A stretch of 64,000 nucleotides of DNA from an uncultured delta proteobacterium (GCA_963755715.1 CAVWLW010000025.1:64001-128000); one strand, 5' to 3'. Shown: positions 31,977 to 43,628, counted from the first letter of the stretch. Translations and numbers: made by a program. The notes: generated by a model not told the origin, from the letters alone.

Positions 31977-33070
31977 AAATCGTCGATCAAGTGCCGGAAT
32001 ACATTCGCTCGTTGATCCCGTACGAGCCGGGCAAGCCGATCGAAGAAGTCGAGCGCGAGTACGGCATCTCCGACTCGGTGAAACTCGCTTCCAATGAAAA
32101 TCCGCTGGGCCCGTCGCCCAAGGCGTTGGCCGCGATCCGCGACAAGATGGCTCAGTTGCATCTCTATCCGGATGGAGATTGTTTTTATTTGAAACAAGGC
32201 TTGTCGAAAAAACTCGGCGTGGCGCCGGAAAGTCTCATTTTTGGCAACGGCTCCAATGAAATCATCGAATTGGCCGTGCGCACATTCATGCGCGCCGGCG
32301 ACGAGGCGGTGATGGCGCGCCAAGCTTTCGTGGTTTACAACCTGGTGGTCCAAGCAACGGGCGGTAAAGCCAAGGCGGTAGCGCTGCGCGATTACACGCA
32401 CGATCTGGCGGCCATCGGCGCTGCGATCACGCCGCAGACCAAACTGGTGTTGCTCGCCAATCCAAATAATCCGACCGGAACGATCTACCGGCGCGAAGAG
32501 TGGGAGCGTTTTCTCGACAAAATATCGCGCGATGTGCTGCTACTGGTCGACGAAGCTTATTTCGAATACGTGGAAGACGCCGGCTACCCGAACTCGCTCG
32601 AATATCACGCGGCGGACCGGGCGATTTTAACGTTGCGCACCTTTTCGAAATTGTACGGGTTGGCGGGCTTGCGCATCGGCTACGGCGTCGGCGCGAAGGA
32701 ATTGATCGCTATGATGCAGCGGGTGCGCCAGCCGTTCAACGTGAACGCGCCGGCGCAGTGGGCGGCTTTGGCGGCGCTCGATGATGCCGAGCATGTGCGC
32801 CGCAGCTTAGCGGTGAACCGCCAAGGGATCGATTACCTGCAAAAAGAATTCACCAGACTCGGATTGGAGTTCGTGCCGACATGCGCCAATTTCATCTTGG
32901 TGCGCGTGGGCAAAGGGCAAGAAGTATTCAATCGACTGCTCAGCCAGGGCGTCATCGTCCGGCCCATGGCCGGCTATCAGTTTCCCGAGCATGTTCGGGT
33001 GACGGTGGGAACGATGGCGGAGAACGAAAAATTTATCGCCGCCCTGGAAAAGGTGATCAAAACTTTTTGA
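31973..33070 (+). CDS. hisC: Histidinol-phosphate aminotransferase
   Basis: KLASNENP, GNGSNE, NPNNPTG, DEAY, RTFSKLYGLAGLRIGY. Confidence 0.92.
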   Translation: MKIVDQVPEYIRSLIPYEPGKPIEEVEREYGISDSVKLASNENPLGPSPKALAAIRDKMAQLHLYPDGDCFYLKQGLSKKLGVAPESLIFGNGSNEIIELAVRTFMRAGDEAVMARQAFVVYNLVVQATGGKAKAVALRDYTHDLAAIGAAITPQTKLVLLANPNNPTGTIYRREEWERFLDKISRDVLLLVDEAYFEYVEDAGYPNSLEYHAADRAILTLRTFSKLYGLAGLRIGYGVGAKELIAMMQRVRQPFNVNAPAQWAALAALDDAEHVRRSLAVNRQGIDYLQKEFTRLGLEFVPTCANFILVRVGKGQEVFNRLLSQGVIVRPMAGYQFPEHVRVTVGTMAENEKFIAALEKVIKTF

Positions 33071-33098
33071 GCCAGGAAGCTCAGGACAGAGATATCGA

Positions 33099-33962
33099 AT
33101 GGCCGTGATGTTTCAAAAGATGGTGATAGCGGGAGTGGGACTGATCTGCGGATCCCTGGCCTTGGATCTGCGCCGCCATAAGCTCGTCAAAGAGATCGTC
33201 GGCTACGGCCGCGGTGAAGGCAATCTTCGCCTCGCCAAGAAAAACGGCATCATCGACAGCTATTTTTTAGGCGGCGAAGAATTTCCTACCGGCGTCGATT
33301 TCCTGATGATGGGCACGCCGGTGGAAACGATCGTTCCTCTCACCAAAACCTTTCTTCCAAAGCTCGAGCCGGGGTGCGTCATCAGCGACGTGGGCAGCGT
33401 GAAAGGCGAGATCGTGCGCGGCATGGAGCGTCTCTTGCCCAAAGACATTTATTTCGTTGCCGGCCATCCGATCGCGGGCAGCGAGCAGTGGGGTGCTCAA
33501 GCGGCTCGCCGCGATCTCTTCGTGCGCCATCGTTGTATTCTCACGCCGACCCGTCGGACCGATCGGCAGGCGCTGGAAAAAATCGCGGCGCTCTGGAAAA
33601 AAGTCGGCGCCGAAGTCGAGATCATGGATCCACGCACGCACGATCGTCTGCTTGGCGTGATCAGTCATTTGCCCCATGTTTTGGTGTATGCTTTGGTGAA
33701 CGCCCTCGAACGCACGCCGCTGGACGGTATCGAGTTGAAGAAATACTGCGCCGGTGGTTTCAAAGATTTCACGCGTATCGCTTCGAGCCGCCCCGAGCTA
33801 TGGCGCGATATTTGTTTGATGAACCGCCAAGCACTCGGCAGATCCCTGGGCGATTACATTCATTATCTGGAGCGACTGCATCGTTGGATTGAAGACGGCG
33901 CGGGCGCGCGGCTGGAAAAAGAGTTTACTCGGGCTTACGAGATACGGAGCGAGATCCCTTAA
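33099..33962 (+). CDS. tyrA: Prephenate/arogenate dehydrogenase
   Basis: DVGSVK, GHPIAGSE, HD..., SHLPH, GFKDFTRIASS. Confidence 0.9.
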   Translation: MAVMFQKMVIAGVGLICGSLALDLRRHKLVKEIVGYGRGEGNLRLAKKNGIIDSYFLGGEEFPTGVDFLMMGTPVETIVPLTKTFLPKLEPGCVISDVGSVKGEIVRGMERLLPKDIYFVAGHPIAGSEQWGAQAARRDLFVRHRCILTPTRRTDRQALEKIAALWKKVGAEVEIMDPRTHDRLLGVISHLPHVLVYALVNALERTPLDGIELKKYCAGGFKDFTRIASSRPELWRDICLMNRQALGRSLGDYIHYLERLHRWIEDGAGARLEKEFTRAYEIRSEIP

Positions 33963-33971
33963 CGTTGGATC

Positions 33972-35262
<1,291 letters not shown>

Positions 35263-35303
35263 GGGATGAGACTTGTGATAGTCGGCGCGACGAGGGAGGA
35301 CGG

Positions 35304-35988
35304 TTGATCATCGCCATCGATGGACCGTCCGGGGCCGGCAAGAGTACATTGGCAAAACGCCTGGCGAAAGAGCTTGGCTTTATCTACGTGGACACCGGCG
35401 CGATGTACCGGGCACTGGCTCTCAAGGTCTTGCGTGAAGGAGTTGATTTGGCGGATGATGCGAGCATGGCTCGATTGATCGGATCGACCACGATCGATTT
35501 GCGGCAAGTCGAGCGGCGCGCTTCAAGTTTTGCTGGACGGCGCGGACGTCGCCGCCGAGATTCGCACGCCGCAGGTGAGCCAGATGGCGTCCAAGGCCTC
35601 GGCCTTGGGAGCCGTGCGCGCGCGCTTGCTCGAATTGCAGCGTGACATGGCCCGGCGCGGCAGCATTGTCGCCGAAGGGCGCGATATCGGCACAGTGGTT
35701 TTTCCTCAGGCGGAAGTCAAGATTTTTTTACAGGCTTCCGCTGCCGAGCGTGCGCGGCGGCGCTTTGCCGAGTTGCAGGGCGCCGGTCAGTCCGTGGACC
35801 TGACGGAGACCTTGCGCGAAATCGAGGAGCGCGACAAACGAGACAGCGAAAGAGATCTGGCGCCGCTGCTCCAAGCGGATGACGCTCTAATGATCGATTC
35901 ATCGAGCTTCGATGCCGATCAGGTGACGGCGCGAGTGTTGGCGCACATTCGTACGAAGACAAGAGAAAATCAAATAGATCGGAGTTAG
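35304..35988 (+). CDS. cmk: Cytidylate kinase, frameshifted near 35515 (start uncertain)
   Basis: [13 protein letters not shown] and DTGAMYR, then [11 protein letters not shown] and RDKRD. Confidence 0.9.
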
Positions 35989-35993
35989 TTTGC

Positions 35994-37739
35994 ATGGCTG
36001 AACAGGATGAACAAAGGCAAGGCACAGCGGCAGGCGGTGCCAGCGAATTCGAAGCGATGTTTGAAGAGAGCCTGCGCACAGTCAAGCCCGGCGGGGTCGT
36101 CAAAGGCAGGGTGGTTGGTATCACGGCGACTCATGTGCTGATCGATGTCGGCTACAAATCCGAAGGGCAGATTCCCATCCAGGAATTCACTGACCGGCAA
36201 GGAAATGTGCAAGTCAAGGTCGGCGATGACGTCGATGTTTATTTCGACTCTTCTGAAGGCGAGGGCGGCGGCATCGTGTTGTCGCGCCAACGAGCGGAGA
36301 ATCTCAAAGTCTGGGAGGACCTGGAGAAGGCATTCAACGAAGAACAAGGTATCGAGGGTCATATCGTCGGCAAGGTCAAAGGCGGCTTCAAGGTCGATGT
36401 CGGTGTGCCCGCGTTTCTGCCCGGTTCGCACGTGGATATTCGCCCGAGCCGCAATCTCGACCGCTTCATCGGCACGACTGATCGCTTTGCCATTCTCAAG
36501 TTTAACCGAGCGCGCGGTAATGTCGTCGTTTCGCGCCGAGCTCTACTCGAGAAAGAACGGGAAACACTAAAGAAGGATATTCTCAAAGTATTGGAAGAGG
36601 GCGTCATTCTCGAAGGCACAGTTAAAAACATTACGGGTTACGGCGCCTTCGTCGATCTCGGCGGCATCGACGGTATTCTCCATATCAGCGACATGTCCTG
36701 GGGACGGATCAATCATCCCTCCGAAATCGTCGAGGTCGGCGCTAAAATCCAAGTCGTCGTGCTCAAATTCGACACGGAGAAGGAACGTATCTCCTTGGGC
36801 ATGAAACAGCTCACTCCCGACCCATGGCACACCGTGGCGGAAAAGTATCCGATCGGAGCGCGTGTGCAGGGCAAGGTGATCAGCCTGATGGATTACGGCG
36901 CCTTCGTGGAGTTGGAAAGCGGTATCGAAGGCTTGGTGCACATTTCCGAGATGTCGTGGACGCGCAAGGTGACGCACCCGTCGAAACTTCTCCAGGTCGG
37001 CCAGGAGGTCGAGGTGGTGGTTTTGAACGTCGATCCGGGACACCGGAGAATCTCCCTAGGCCTCAAGCAGATTATGGCCAATCCTTGGGAGGCGGCCAGA
37101 GAAAAATATCCTGTCGGCAGCATCGTCAAGGGACCGGTGCGCAATATTACCGACTTTGGCATCTTCGTCGGTATCGAAGAGGGCATCGACGGTCTCGTGC
37201 ATATCTCGGATCTGCATTGGACCAAGAAACTCAAGCATCCCTCCGAGTTGTTTAAAAAAGGCGATATCGTCGAGGCCAAAGTTCTTGGCGTCAACGTTGA
37301 AAACGAGCGATTTTCACTTGGTATCAAACAGCTTGCACCCGATCCCTGGAAGGTCGTCGCCGACCGCCATCCAGTGGGCTCCAAAATCAAAGGCCAGGTG
37401 ACGAGCGTGCCGGACTTCGGTGTTTTTGTGCGCATCGAAGAGGGCGTCGAAGGGCTGATTCACGTTTCCCAGCTCAGCACCGAACGAGTCGACAAGCCAT
37501 CGAGCTTGTTCAAGGTCGGTGACGAAGTCGAAGCCGAGGTTGTCAGCATCGATCCTGGCGATCGTAAGATCGGGCTCAGCGTCCGGGCGCTGCGCCGCAC
37601 GGAAGAGCGCCAAGAAATGGAAAGCTATTTGAAGCGCGAAAAAGAGGGCTCGCGATTTTCCTTCGAGTCGCTCTTGGGCGACGAACTGCGGCTGGATAAA
37701 GATGATGACGCCCAGAGCGGCCGCAAAGGCCGCGGCTAG
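35994..37739 (+). CDS. rpsA: 30S ribosomal protein S1
   Basis: Tandem S1 domains (YGAFVDLGGIDG, GLVHISE etc.), position after cmk. Confidence 0.97.
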   Translation: MAEQDEQRQGTAAGGASEFEAMFEESLRTVKPGGVVKGRVVGITATHVLIDVGYKSEGQIPIQEFTDRQGNVQVKVGDDVDVYFDSSEGEGGGIVLSRQRAENLKVWEDLEKAFNEEQGIEGHIVGKVKGGFKVDVGVPAFLPGSHVDIRPSRNLDRFIGTTDRFAILKFNRARGNVVVSRRALLEKERETLKKDILKVLEEGVILEGTVKNITGYGAFVDLGGIDGILHISDMSWGRINHPSEIVEVGAKIQVVVLKFDTEKERISLGMKQLTPDPWHTVAEKYPIGARVQGKVISLMDYGAFVELESGIEGLVHISEMSWTRKVTHPSKLLQVGQEVEVVVLNVDPGHRRISLGLKQIMANPWEAAREKYPVGSIVKGPVRNITDFGIFVGIEEGIDGLVHISDLHWTKKLKHPSELFKKGDIVEAKVLGVNVENERFSLGIKQLAPDPWKVVADRHPVGSKIKGQVTSVPDFGVFVRIEEGVEGLIHVSQLSTERVDKPSSLFKVGDEVEAEVVSIDPGDRKIGLSVRALRRTEERQEMESYLKREKEGSRFSFESLLGDELRLDKDDDAQSGRKGRG

Positions 37740-37753
37740 TTTCGGCTAAGCTT

Positions 37754-38653
37754 ATGACCAAGAAATTTTCTATATTGCGCGGGCTTGGATTGTTGTTCGT
37801 TTTTATCCTGGTGGTCTTTACCGGAGTTTTCTTTTACGCCTACATCACCGGCGGGGATTCCAAAGCGTTGTCGCTTTTTTCCGGTGACGGCGTCGGCGTT
37901 CTGCAAATCGATGGCGCGATCGACGACTCTCGGAGCGTGCTCATCGAGTTGAAGCGCCTCAAAGAAATGCCATGGGTGAAGGCCGTGGTGGTTCGGATCG
38001 ACTCGCCCGGCGGCGCCGTGGCGCCGACCCAGGAGATCTTCGAAGAGATTCAACGATCGAAAAAGCAAAAACCGTTTATCGCCTCTATGGGCGGCATGGC
38101 GACCTCGGGCGGCTACTACATCGCGGCCGCGTGCGACAAGATCGTCGCCAATCCCGGCACGTTGACCGGGTCGATCGGCGTGATCATGCAACTCACCAAC
38201 CTGGAAGAGTTGATGAAAAAAGTCGGCGTCAAAGGACTCAACATCAAAAGTGGCGCGAATAAGGACCTCGGCTCGCCCTTTCAAGCTATTTCGCCGGAAG
38301 GACGGGAGATTCTTCAATCGCTGGTGGACAACGTCCACAGTCAGTTTGTCGCCGCCGTGGCCAAAGGCAGAGGCATGAACGAGGGTCAGGTACGCAAGCT
38401 TGCCGACGGCCGAGTGTATTCCGGCGCGCAAGCAAAGGACCTAGGGTTGATTGATCAGTTTGGCACCTTGGAAGATGCCATCGAGCTGGCGGCCAGACGC
38501 GCGGGACTCGAAGGCGAGCCCGCGGTTTATTATTCCCGTCCGGAACAAGAGCGCTGGTGGGAGCGCATGTTCATGGGGGTATTTGGCCGTCGACTGCCGG
38601 GAACCGATCGCGGTTGGCTCCGATACGAGTGGTCACCGGCGCTCCTTCAATAG
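37754..38653 (+). CDS. sppA: Signal peptide peptidase SppA (S49)
   Basis: IDSPGG, SGGYY, TGSIGV, N-terminal TM. Confidence 0.92.
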   Translation: MTKKFSILRGLGLLFVFILVVFTGVFFYAYITGGDSKALSLFSGDGVGVLQIDGAIDDSRSVLIELKRLKEMPWVKAVVVRIDSPGGAVAPTQEIFEEIQRSKKQKPFIASMGGMATSGGYYIAAACDKIVANPGTLTGSIGVIMQLTNLEELMKKVGVKGLNIKSGANKDLGSPFQAISPEGREILQSLVDNVHSQFVAAVAKGRGMNEGQVRKLADGRVYSGAQAKDLGLIDQFGTLEDAIELAARRAGLEGEPAVYYSRPEQERWWERMFMGVFGRRLPGTDRGWLRYEWSPALLQ

Positions 38654-38717
38654 CGCGCGCCGTCATCTTTAATCAGATCCATTTGAAATTATCTTCTACG
38701 GTTGTGAGGGCGATGAT

Positions 38718-39032
38718 ATGACGAAAAGGGATTTAATCGATGAGGTCAACAAAAGGTTTCCTCATCTGTCGCGGCGGGATTCGGAGGTCATCATTAATGC
38801 GATTTTCGATTCGATGGTCGACGCGTTGGCTCAAGGAGACCGCATCGAGATTCGCGGTTTTGGCAGCTTCGTCGTCAAGCATCGGCGCGCGCGCCAGGGG
38901 CGCAATCCCAAGAGCGGCGCGTTAGTTTCGGTCGCCGCCAAAAAAGTGCCGTTCTTCAAAGTCGGCAAAGAGCTGCGTTTGCGCGTCGACGGCAAGCCTT
39001 ACGATCCGAGCGAAGACGGAGAGGATGAGTGA
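38718..39032 (+). CDS. ihfB: Integration host factor beta subunit
   Basis: IEIRGFGSF, GRNPK, PFFKVGKELR. Confidence 0.88.
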   Translation: MTKRDLIDEVNKRFPHLSRRDSEVIINAIFDSMVDALAQGDRIEIRGFGSFVVKHRRARQGRNPKSGALVSVAAKKVPFFKVGKELRLRVDGKPYDPSEDGEDE

Positions 39033-39520
39033 AACAGCTTTGGGCGCCTTGGCGGATGGCCTATATCAATGACGACGCCAAGGATGCGGGCTGTATTTTC
39101 TGCACCCTCTATCGCCAAGACGACCAAAGAGCTGCGCTGGTGCTAGCCCAAACCAGCCACTCGGTCGTCATGATGAACAAGTATCCCTATAACAACGGAC
39201 ACCTGTTGCTGGCTCCCAAGCGTCACGAAAATAATCCCGACAAGTTACCGAGCGAGGAATTTATCGATCTCAACGAAGCATTACGCCGCTCCATCGAGAT
39301 CGTTCGCAGCGCGTTTCATCCCGGCGGCATCAACTTGGGGATGAATCTCGGCAAGTGCGCCGGCGCTGGGATCGAGGATCATCTGCATTGGCACATCGTG
39401 CCGCGCTGGGAAGGGGATACCAATTTTATGCCCGTCATCGCCGAGACGCGTGTGATGCCACAGCATTTGCTCGATAGTTATGACCGCTTGCAACCATTCT
39501 TTCGCGAGCTTGTCGGTTAA
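39029..39520 (+). CDS. HIT domain nucleotide hydrolase
   Basis: LWAPWR, CIFC, NKYPYN.GH, HLHWH, RW.GD. Confidence 0.9.
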   Translation: MKQLWAPWRMAYINDDAKDAGCIFCTLYRQDDQRAALVLAQTSHSVVMMNKYPYNNGHLLLAPKRHENNPDKLPSEEFIDLNEALRRSIEIVRSAFHPGGINLGMNLGKCAGAGIEDHLHWHIVPRWEGDTNFMPVIAETRVMPQHLLDSYDRLQPFFRELVG

Positions 39521-39613
39521 TCTGATAGCTGAAACATGATAATTTGATGTAAGATGGGTGGTAAAATCGGCGCAAGCTTGAGAATCAATATCTTTAAGGG
39601 GAGGCCAGAGCAC

Positions 39614-41013
39614 GTGAGCGAGGCAAAAACATTAGGTGAACTCAAAAAAAGCGGTGTGAAAGTTTTACCGGTGCGCGAGGAAATGCGTAAGAATCTCGTG
39701 CGTCACCTGGAAAGCGGCGAACGGATTCTACCGGGCATCGTCGGTTATGACGAAACGGTTATCCCGGAAATCGAAAACGCCATACTCTCCGGCCATCACA
39801 TGGTCTTCCTAGGCGAGCGGGGCCAGGGCAAGTCGCGCATAATTCGCGGTTTGCTCAGCTTGCTCGACGAACGCATCCCGATCGTTCATGGCTGCGAGAT
39901 CAATGATAATCCTTACAATCCGATTTGCCGCGCCCTGCCGCAAGAAAGCGGCCGAGCTTGGCGACGCACTGCCGCTGCAATGGGTCGATCGCGATCATCG
40001 CTACGGGGAAAAATTGGCGACTCCGGACGTGTCGATCGCCGATCTCGTCGGCGAAATCGACCCGATCAAAGTTGCCGAGGGCCGTTATCTCGCGGACGAA
40101 GAAACCATCCACTACGGCTTGGTGCCGCGCACCAATCGCGGCGTCTTTGCCATCAACGAGCTGCCCGATTTGACGGAAAAGGTGCAAGTCGGTTTGTTCA
40201 ACCTGATGGAAGAAAAAGACGTGCAGATCAAAGGTTACAAGATTCGCTTGCCTCTCGACGTCATCATCGTCGCCAGCGCCAATCCGGAGGATTACACTAG
40301 CCGCGGCCGGATCATCACGCCGCTCAAGGACCGCTTCGACGTGCAGATTCGCACCCATTATCCGAAAAAGATCGAAGACGAACTCGGCATCATGGAGCAG
40401 GAGTCGGCGCCGACAAACCAGCGCAGCCGCAAAGTCGACGTGCCGCGCTTCATGAAGGAGATCCTCGGCCATCTCACTTTCGAGGCGCGCAAGTCGAACG
40501 AAATCAATCAGTCCTCGGGCGTCAGCGTACGCGTCACGATCAACAATTACGAAAGTTTGATCAGCAATGCCGAAAAGCGCTCGCTGCGCTGCAAGGAAAA
40601 CGAAGTCGTGCCGCGCAGTCAGCGATTTGCACGCGATCTTGGCCTCGACCAACGGCAAAATCGAAATGGAGTACGTCGGCGAGGACAAGAAGGAGGATGA
40701 GCTGGTCGAGAAGCTGATCAATCGATCGATTATCAAAGTTTTCGATCAATACTTCAGTCTCAACTCGCTGCAGAAAGTTGTCGAATATTTCAATTCCGGT
40801 TGGGGTGTCGAAGTTTCCGATCAAATGGCATCGCAAGATTATCTGGAAGGCATCAAGGAGATTCCCGGCTTGAAAGAGGCAATCAAAACCCTCGCCATTT
40901 CAGAATCGCCGGAGCTGATGGCGTCCGCAACCGAATTTGTCCTCGAAGGGCTCCATCTGCACCAGAAGCTCAACAAAGAGATGGAGGGTGGCCGAGTCAC
41001 GTACGGCAAGTAG
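39614..41013 (+). CDS. AAA+ ATPase ('magnesium chelatase'-like, MoxR/ChlI-related), two frameshifts
   Basis: GERGQGKS Walker A, AINELPDL Walker B variant, ANPEDYT.RGRIITPLKDRF. Split over ORFs 39554, 39888 and 40567. Confidence 0.85.
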
Positions 41014-41053
41014 CCTTTCCATTCTTCTGAACAAGGCTCTTTAAGCGCAGCCA

Positions 41054-42646
41054 ATGGTTCATATCCGTTACAGCCGCTGGGATGGTCGAAAGCGGGATTC
41101 GCTCGATGCCGATTCCGTATTCGATCAATTGAACGACTACATGAACGACACCGGCGATCTGCAGCAAGCGATGCGCCGTTTGATGCAGAAGGGCATTAAA
41201 GACGGCGAGAAGCAAACCAAAGGGCTCGAAGATCTCTTGTCGCAAGTGGCGCGCGAGATGCGCAAGCTCTATGACGAGTACCGCCTGCAATCGGCGATGG
41301 ATGAGGTGCAGGACCAGCTCGATTCTGTCGTCGATCAGGAGCGCCAGACCCTCGAAGAGATGGATCAAACGGGAAACGACGTCCAGGATAAGAAACAATT
41401 TCTCAACGATCTGCCGGGCAAAACCAGCGAAGCCATCGAAAAGCTTACTTCTTACTCGTTCGAAAACGCCGAGGCGGAAAAAGATTTTCAGCAATTGGTG
41501 ATGCAGCTCGAGCAAATCCGCAAACTGGAAAACTGGCTGCGCCGCGAAGGCAGCCTGTTTCGCGGTCAGACGCCGGTCGAATTTCAGCAATCGCAAGAGC
41601 TCATGGAGCGGATGGAGGATCTACGCAAGCTGGAATCGCAGCTTTCCAGCATGCAACTCAGGGACGTCGACAAGGAGTTGCTGGAAAAACTTCTCGGCGG
41701 CGATCCCAAGCAGGACTTCGAAGGCGTGATGCGCATGCAATCGCTGCTCGAAGAGGGCGGTTACGTTCTCGAGCAAGGCGAGCGCTTCGATTTGACGCCC
41801 AAGGGCGTGCGCCGGGTCGGCCATCTTGCGCTGCGCGACATCTACCGGCAGTTGCGCCGCGACGGCATGGGACGACATACGACGCGCAATCGCGGCAGCC
41901 AGGAGATGATCCTCGAAACCAGCCGGCCCTATGTGCAAGGCGATCCGTTTCACATCAACATGATTCAGACGCTCAAGAATGGTCTGCTGCGCGGCGGCGG
42001 CGTGCCGGTACGGATTAGCCCAAGTGATTTTGCGGTGTATGAGTCGGAGTACAATACCCGCGCGGCGACCGTGCTGCTTTTGGACATGAGCTGGTCGATG
42101 AGTTGGGAAGGCCGTTTTGCCGCGGCGAAAAAAGTCGCATTGGCGATGGAGAGTCTGGTGCGTTCGCTTCATCCGCGCGATTATTTCGGCATCGTCGGTT
42201 TCTTTACCCGCGCCGTTGAGCTCAAGGCGAAAGATTTGCCGCAGGCAACCTGGAACATGGGCGATCCCTTTACCAATTTGCAGGATGGCTTGCATTTGGC
42301 GACCGAAATGCTCGGCAAAAAACCCAGCGCCAACCAGCAAATGATCGTCATCACCGACGGGCAGCCGACCGCTTATTGCCGCCAGGGAAGGCTTTATTGC
42401 GAATGGCCGTTGAGCTTCGGCGGCATCAGCCAGCGCGCCGCGGAAGAAACTTTAAAAGAAGTCGAGCGCATTACGCGCAAAGGCATCACCATCAATACTT
42501 TCATGCTCGACGATAGCGCGATTTTACGCGGCTTCGTCGACGACCTAACCCGCATCAATAAGGGCCGTGCCTTTTACACCCGCCCCGATCGGCTCGGAGA
42601 ATATCTCCTGGTCGACTATCTCGCGCATCAACGAAAAAAAGTTTAA
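41054..42646 (+). CDS. VWA domain-containing protein
   Basis: YSRWDG N-terminus, coiled region, MIDAS DMSWSM, TN, ITDGQPT. Confidence 0.88.
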   Translation: MVHIRYSRWDGRKRDSLDADSVFDQLNDYMNDTGDLQQAMRRLMQKGIKDGEKQTKGLEDLLSQVAREMRKLYDEYRLQSAMDEVQDQLDSVVDQERQTLEEMDQTGNDVQDKKQFLNDLPGKTSEAIEKLTSYSFENAEAEKDFQQLVMQLEQIRKLENWLRREGSLFRGQTPVEFQQSQELMERMEDLRKLESQLSSMQLRDVDKELLEKLLGGDPKQDFEGVMRMQSLLEEGGYVLEQGERFDLTPKGVRRVGHLALRDIYRQLRRDGMGRHTTRNRGSQEMILETSRPYVQGDPFHINMIQTLKNGLLRGGGVPVRISPSDFAVYESEYNTRAATVLLLDMSWSMSWEGRFAAAKKVALAMESLVRSLHPRDYFGIVGFFTRAVELKAKDLPQATWNMGDPFTNLQDGLHLATEMLGKKPSANQQMIVITDGQPTAYCRQGRLYCEWPLSFGGISQRAAEETLKEVERITRKGITINTFMLDDSAILRGFVDDLTRINKGRAFYTRPDRLGEYLLVDYLAHQRKKV

Positions 42647-42660
42647 CGCGTCAGCGCATT

Positions 42661-42726
42661 AAACCGTTCCAGTCGTTTCAATAGTTCCAACGTTCCAATT
42701 CTAACCTCCTTCAAGTAGTTCCAGCT
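42661..42726. repeat. Degenerate ~9-bp tandem repeat array (NNGTTCCAR-like)
   Basis: CCGTTCCAG TCGTTTCAA TAGTTCCAA CGTTCCAA ... TAGTTCCAG. Confidence 0.65.
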
Positions 42727-42758
42727 GTTTTTCGTCGTCACAAAATATCGCTTTCAGA

Positions 42759-42877
42759 GCGGTCAAAAAGGTTTCAGCTGCGAAGCGCGCGATGGTCGAC
42801 GAGCGGAGACATGCGTTTGGAGTATGTTGAAGCGAGTCGGGCGAGCGCAAACGAAGCAGCTGAGGTTTATTGATCGC
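42759..42877. repeat. ~120-bp REP/MITE-like element with imperfect terminal inverted repeats
   Basis: GCGGTCAAAAAGGTTTCAGCTGC ... GCAGCTGAGGTTTATTGATCGC, non-coding. Confidence 0.5.
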
Positions 42878-42881
42878 ACCG

Positions 42882-42910
42882 TTGACTACTGAAATTATTT
42901 TCAGTATATA
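42882..42910 (+). promoter_or_regulatory. lexA promoter with overlapping LexA operator (SOS box)
   Basis: TTGACT-N17-TATATA. The palindrome TACTGAAA-TTAT-TTTCAGTA (42887..42906) fills the spacer. ATG lies 6 nt after the -10 with no SD. Confidence 0.75.
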
Positions 42911-42916
42911 GCTTTT

Positions 42917-43525
42917 ATGCTTCCACCGCTCACCGATCGGCAGAAAGCGATCTACGATTTTCTGCTCAAGACCATTCGGGAGAAAGGCTTTGCGCCGTCG
43001 ATCCACGAGATCGGCAAGCAATTCAAAATAGCCTCGACCAACGGCGTCTCCGATCATCTGAAAGCGCTGGAGAAAAAAGGCTACATCCGCCGGGTCGGTA
43101 AGCGCGCCATCGAGGTCGCCAATGCGCTGGGCAAGACGGTTTTGACGGCTACGCGAGAAGTGCCGGTGCTTGGCCGAGTGCCTGCCGGCAAGCCGTTTCT
43201 CAGCGAAGAAAACATCGAGGGGCTTTTGACTATCCCCAACGACATGGGCAGTGGAAAACAGTTTGCGCTGCAGGTCAAAGGCGACAGCATGACCGGCGCC
43301 GGCATCTTGGACGGCGACCGGGTGATCGTGAAACAGCAGGGAGCGGCGGAAAACGGCGAGATCGTCTGCGCGGTAATTAATGGCGAGGCAACCTTAAAGC
43401 GGTTTTTTAAAAAAGATGGCGTCATTACCCTTAAAGCAGAGAATGAAAAATATCCGCCGATCACTGTGTCGGAAGGGGAATTTCGTATCGCCGGCCGGGT
43501 GGTCGGATTGTTAAGAAAGTTTTAA
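42917..43525 (+). CDS. lexA: SOS repressor LexA
   Basis: LTDRQ wHTH (STNGVSDHLKALEKKG), AG cleavage site (VPAG), GDSM serine, TLKR lysine. Confidence 0.95.
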   Translation: MLPPLTDRQKAIYDFLLKTIREKGFAPSIHEIGKQFKIASTNGVSDHLKALEKKGYIRRVGKRAIEVANALGKTVLTATREVPVLGRVPAGKPFLSEENIEGLLTIPNDMGSGKQFALQVKGDSMTGAGILDGDRVIVKQQGAAENGEIVCAVINGEATLKRFFKKDGVITLKAENEKYPPITVSEGEFRIAGRVVGLLRKF

Positions 43526-43531
43526 CGAAGA

Positions 43532-43628
43532 TCAGTTCAAATGGTTCAAGTCATCAAAACGTTCAAGCCGTTTAAAAGGGATTCGAGCGGTTTGAACTAT
43601 TGGAACTACTGGAACGATTGAAACCGCT
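43532..43628. repeat. Hairpin of ~9-bp GTTCAA / TTGAAC units
   Basis: Left arm CAGTTCAAA TGGTTCAAG ... CGTTCAAG CCGTTTAAA. Right arm TTTGAACTA TTGGAACTA CTGGAACGA TTGAAACCG. Confidence 0.7.

Noticed and set aside
33129-33155. TyrA Rossmann motif reads GVGLICGS instead of GxGLIGGS
   Set aside because: A single-base difference in an error-prone sequence; cannot be interpreted.
39614-42646. True magnesium chelatase / photosynthesis genes
   Set aside because: No chelatase H subunit or tetrapyrrole genes nearby; the motifs fit the uncharacterised AAA+/VWA pairs.
42661-43628. GTTCCAA/GTTTCAA arrays as a CRISPR array
   Set aside because: Units are about 9 bp and contiguous with no unique spacers, and no cas genes are present.
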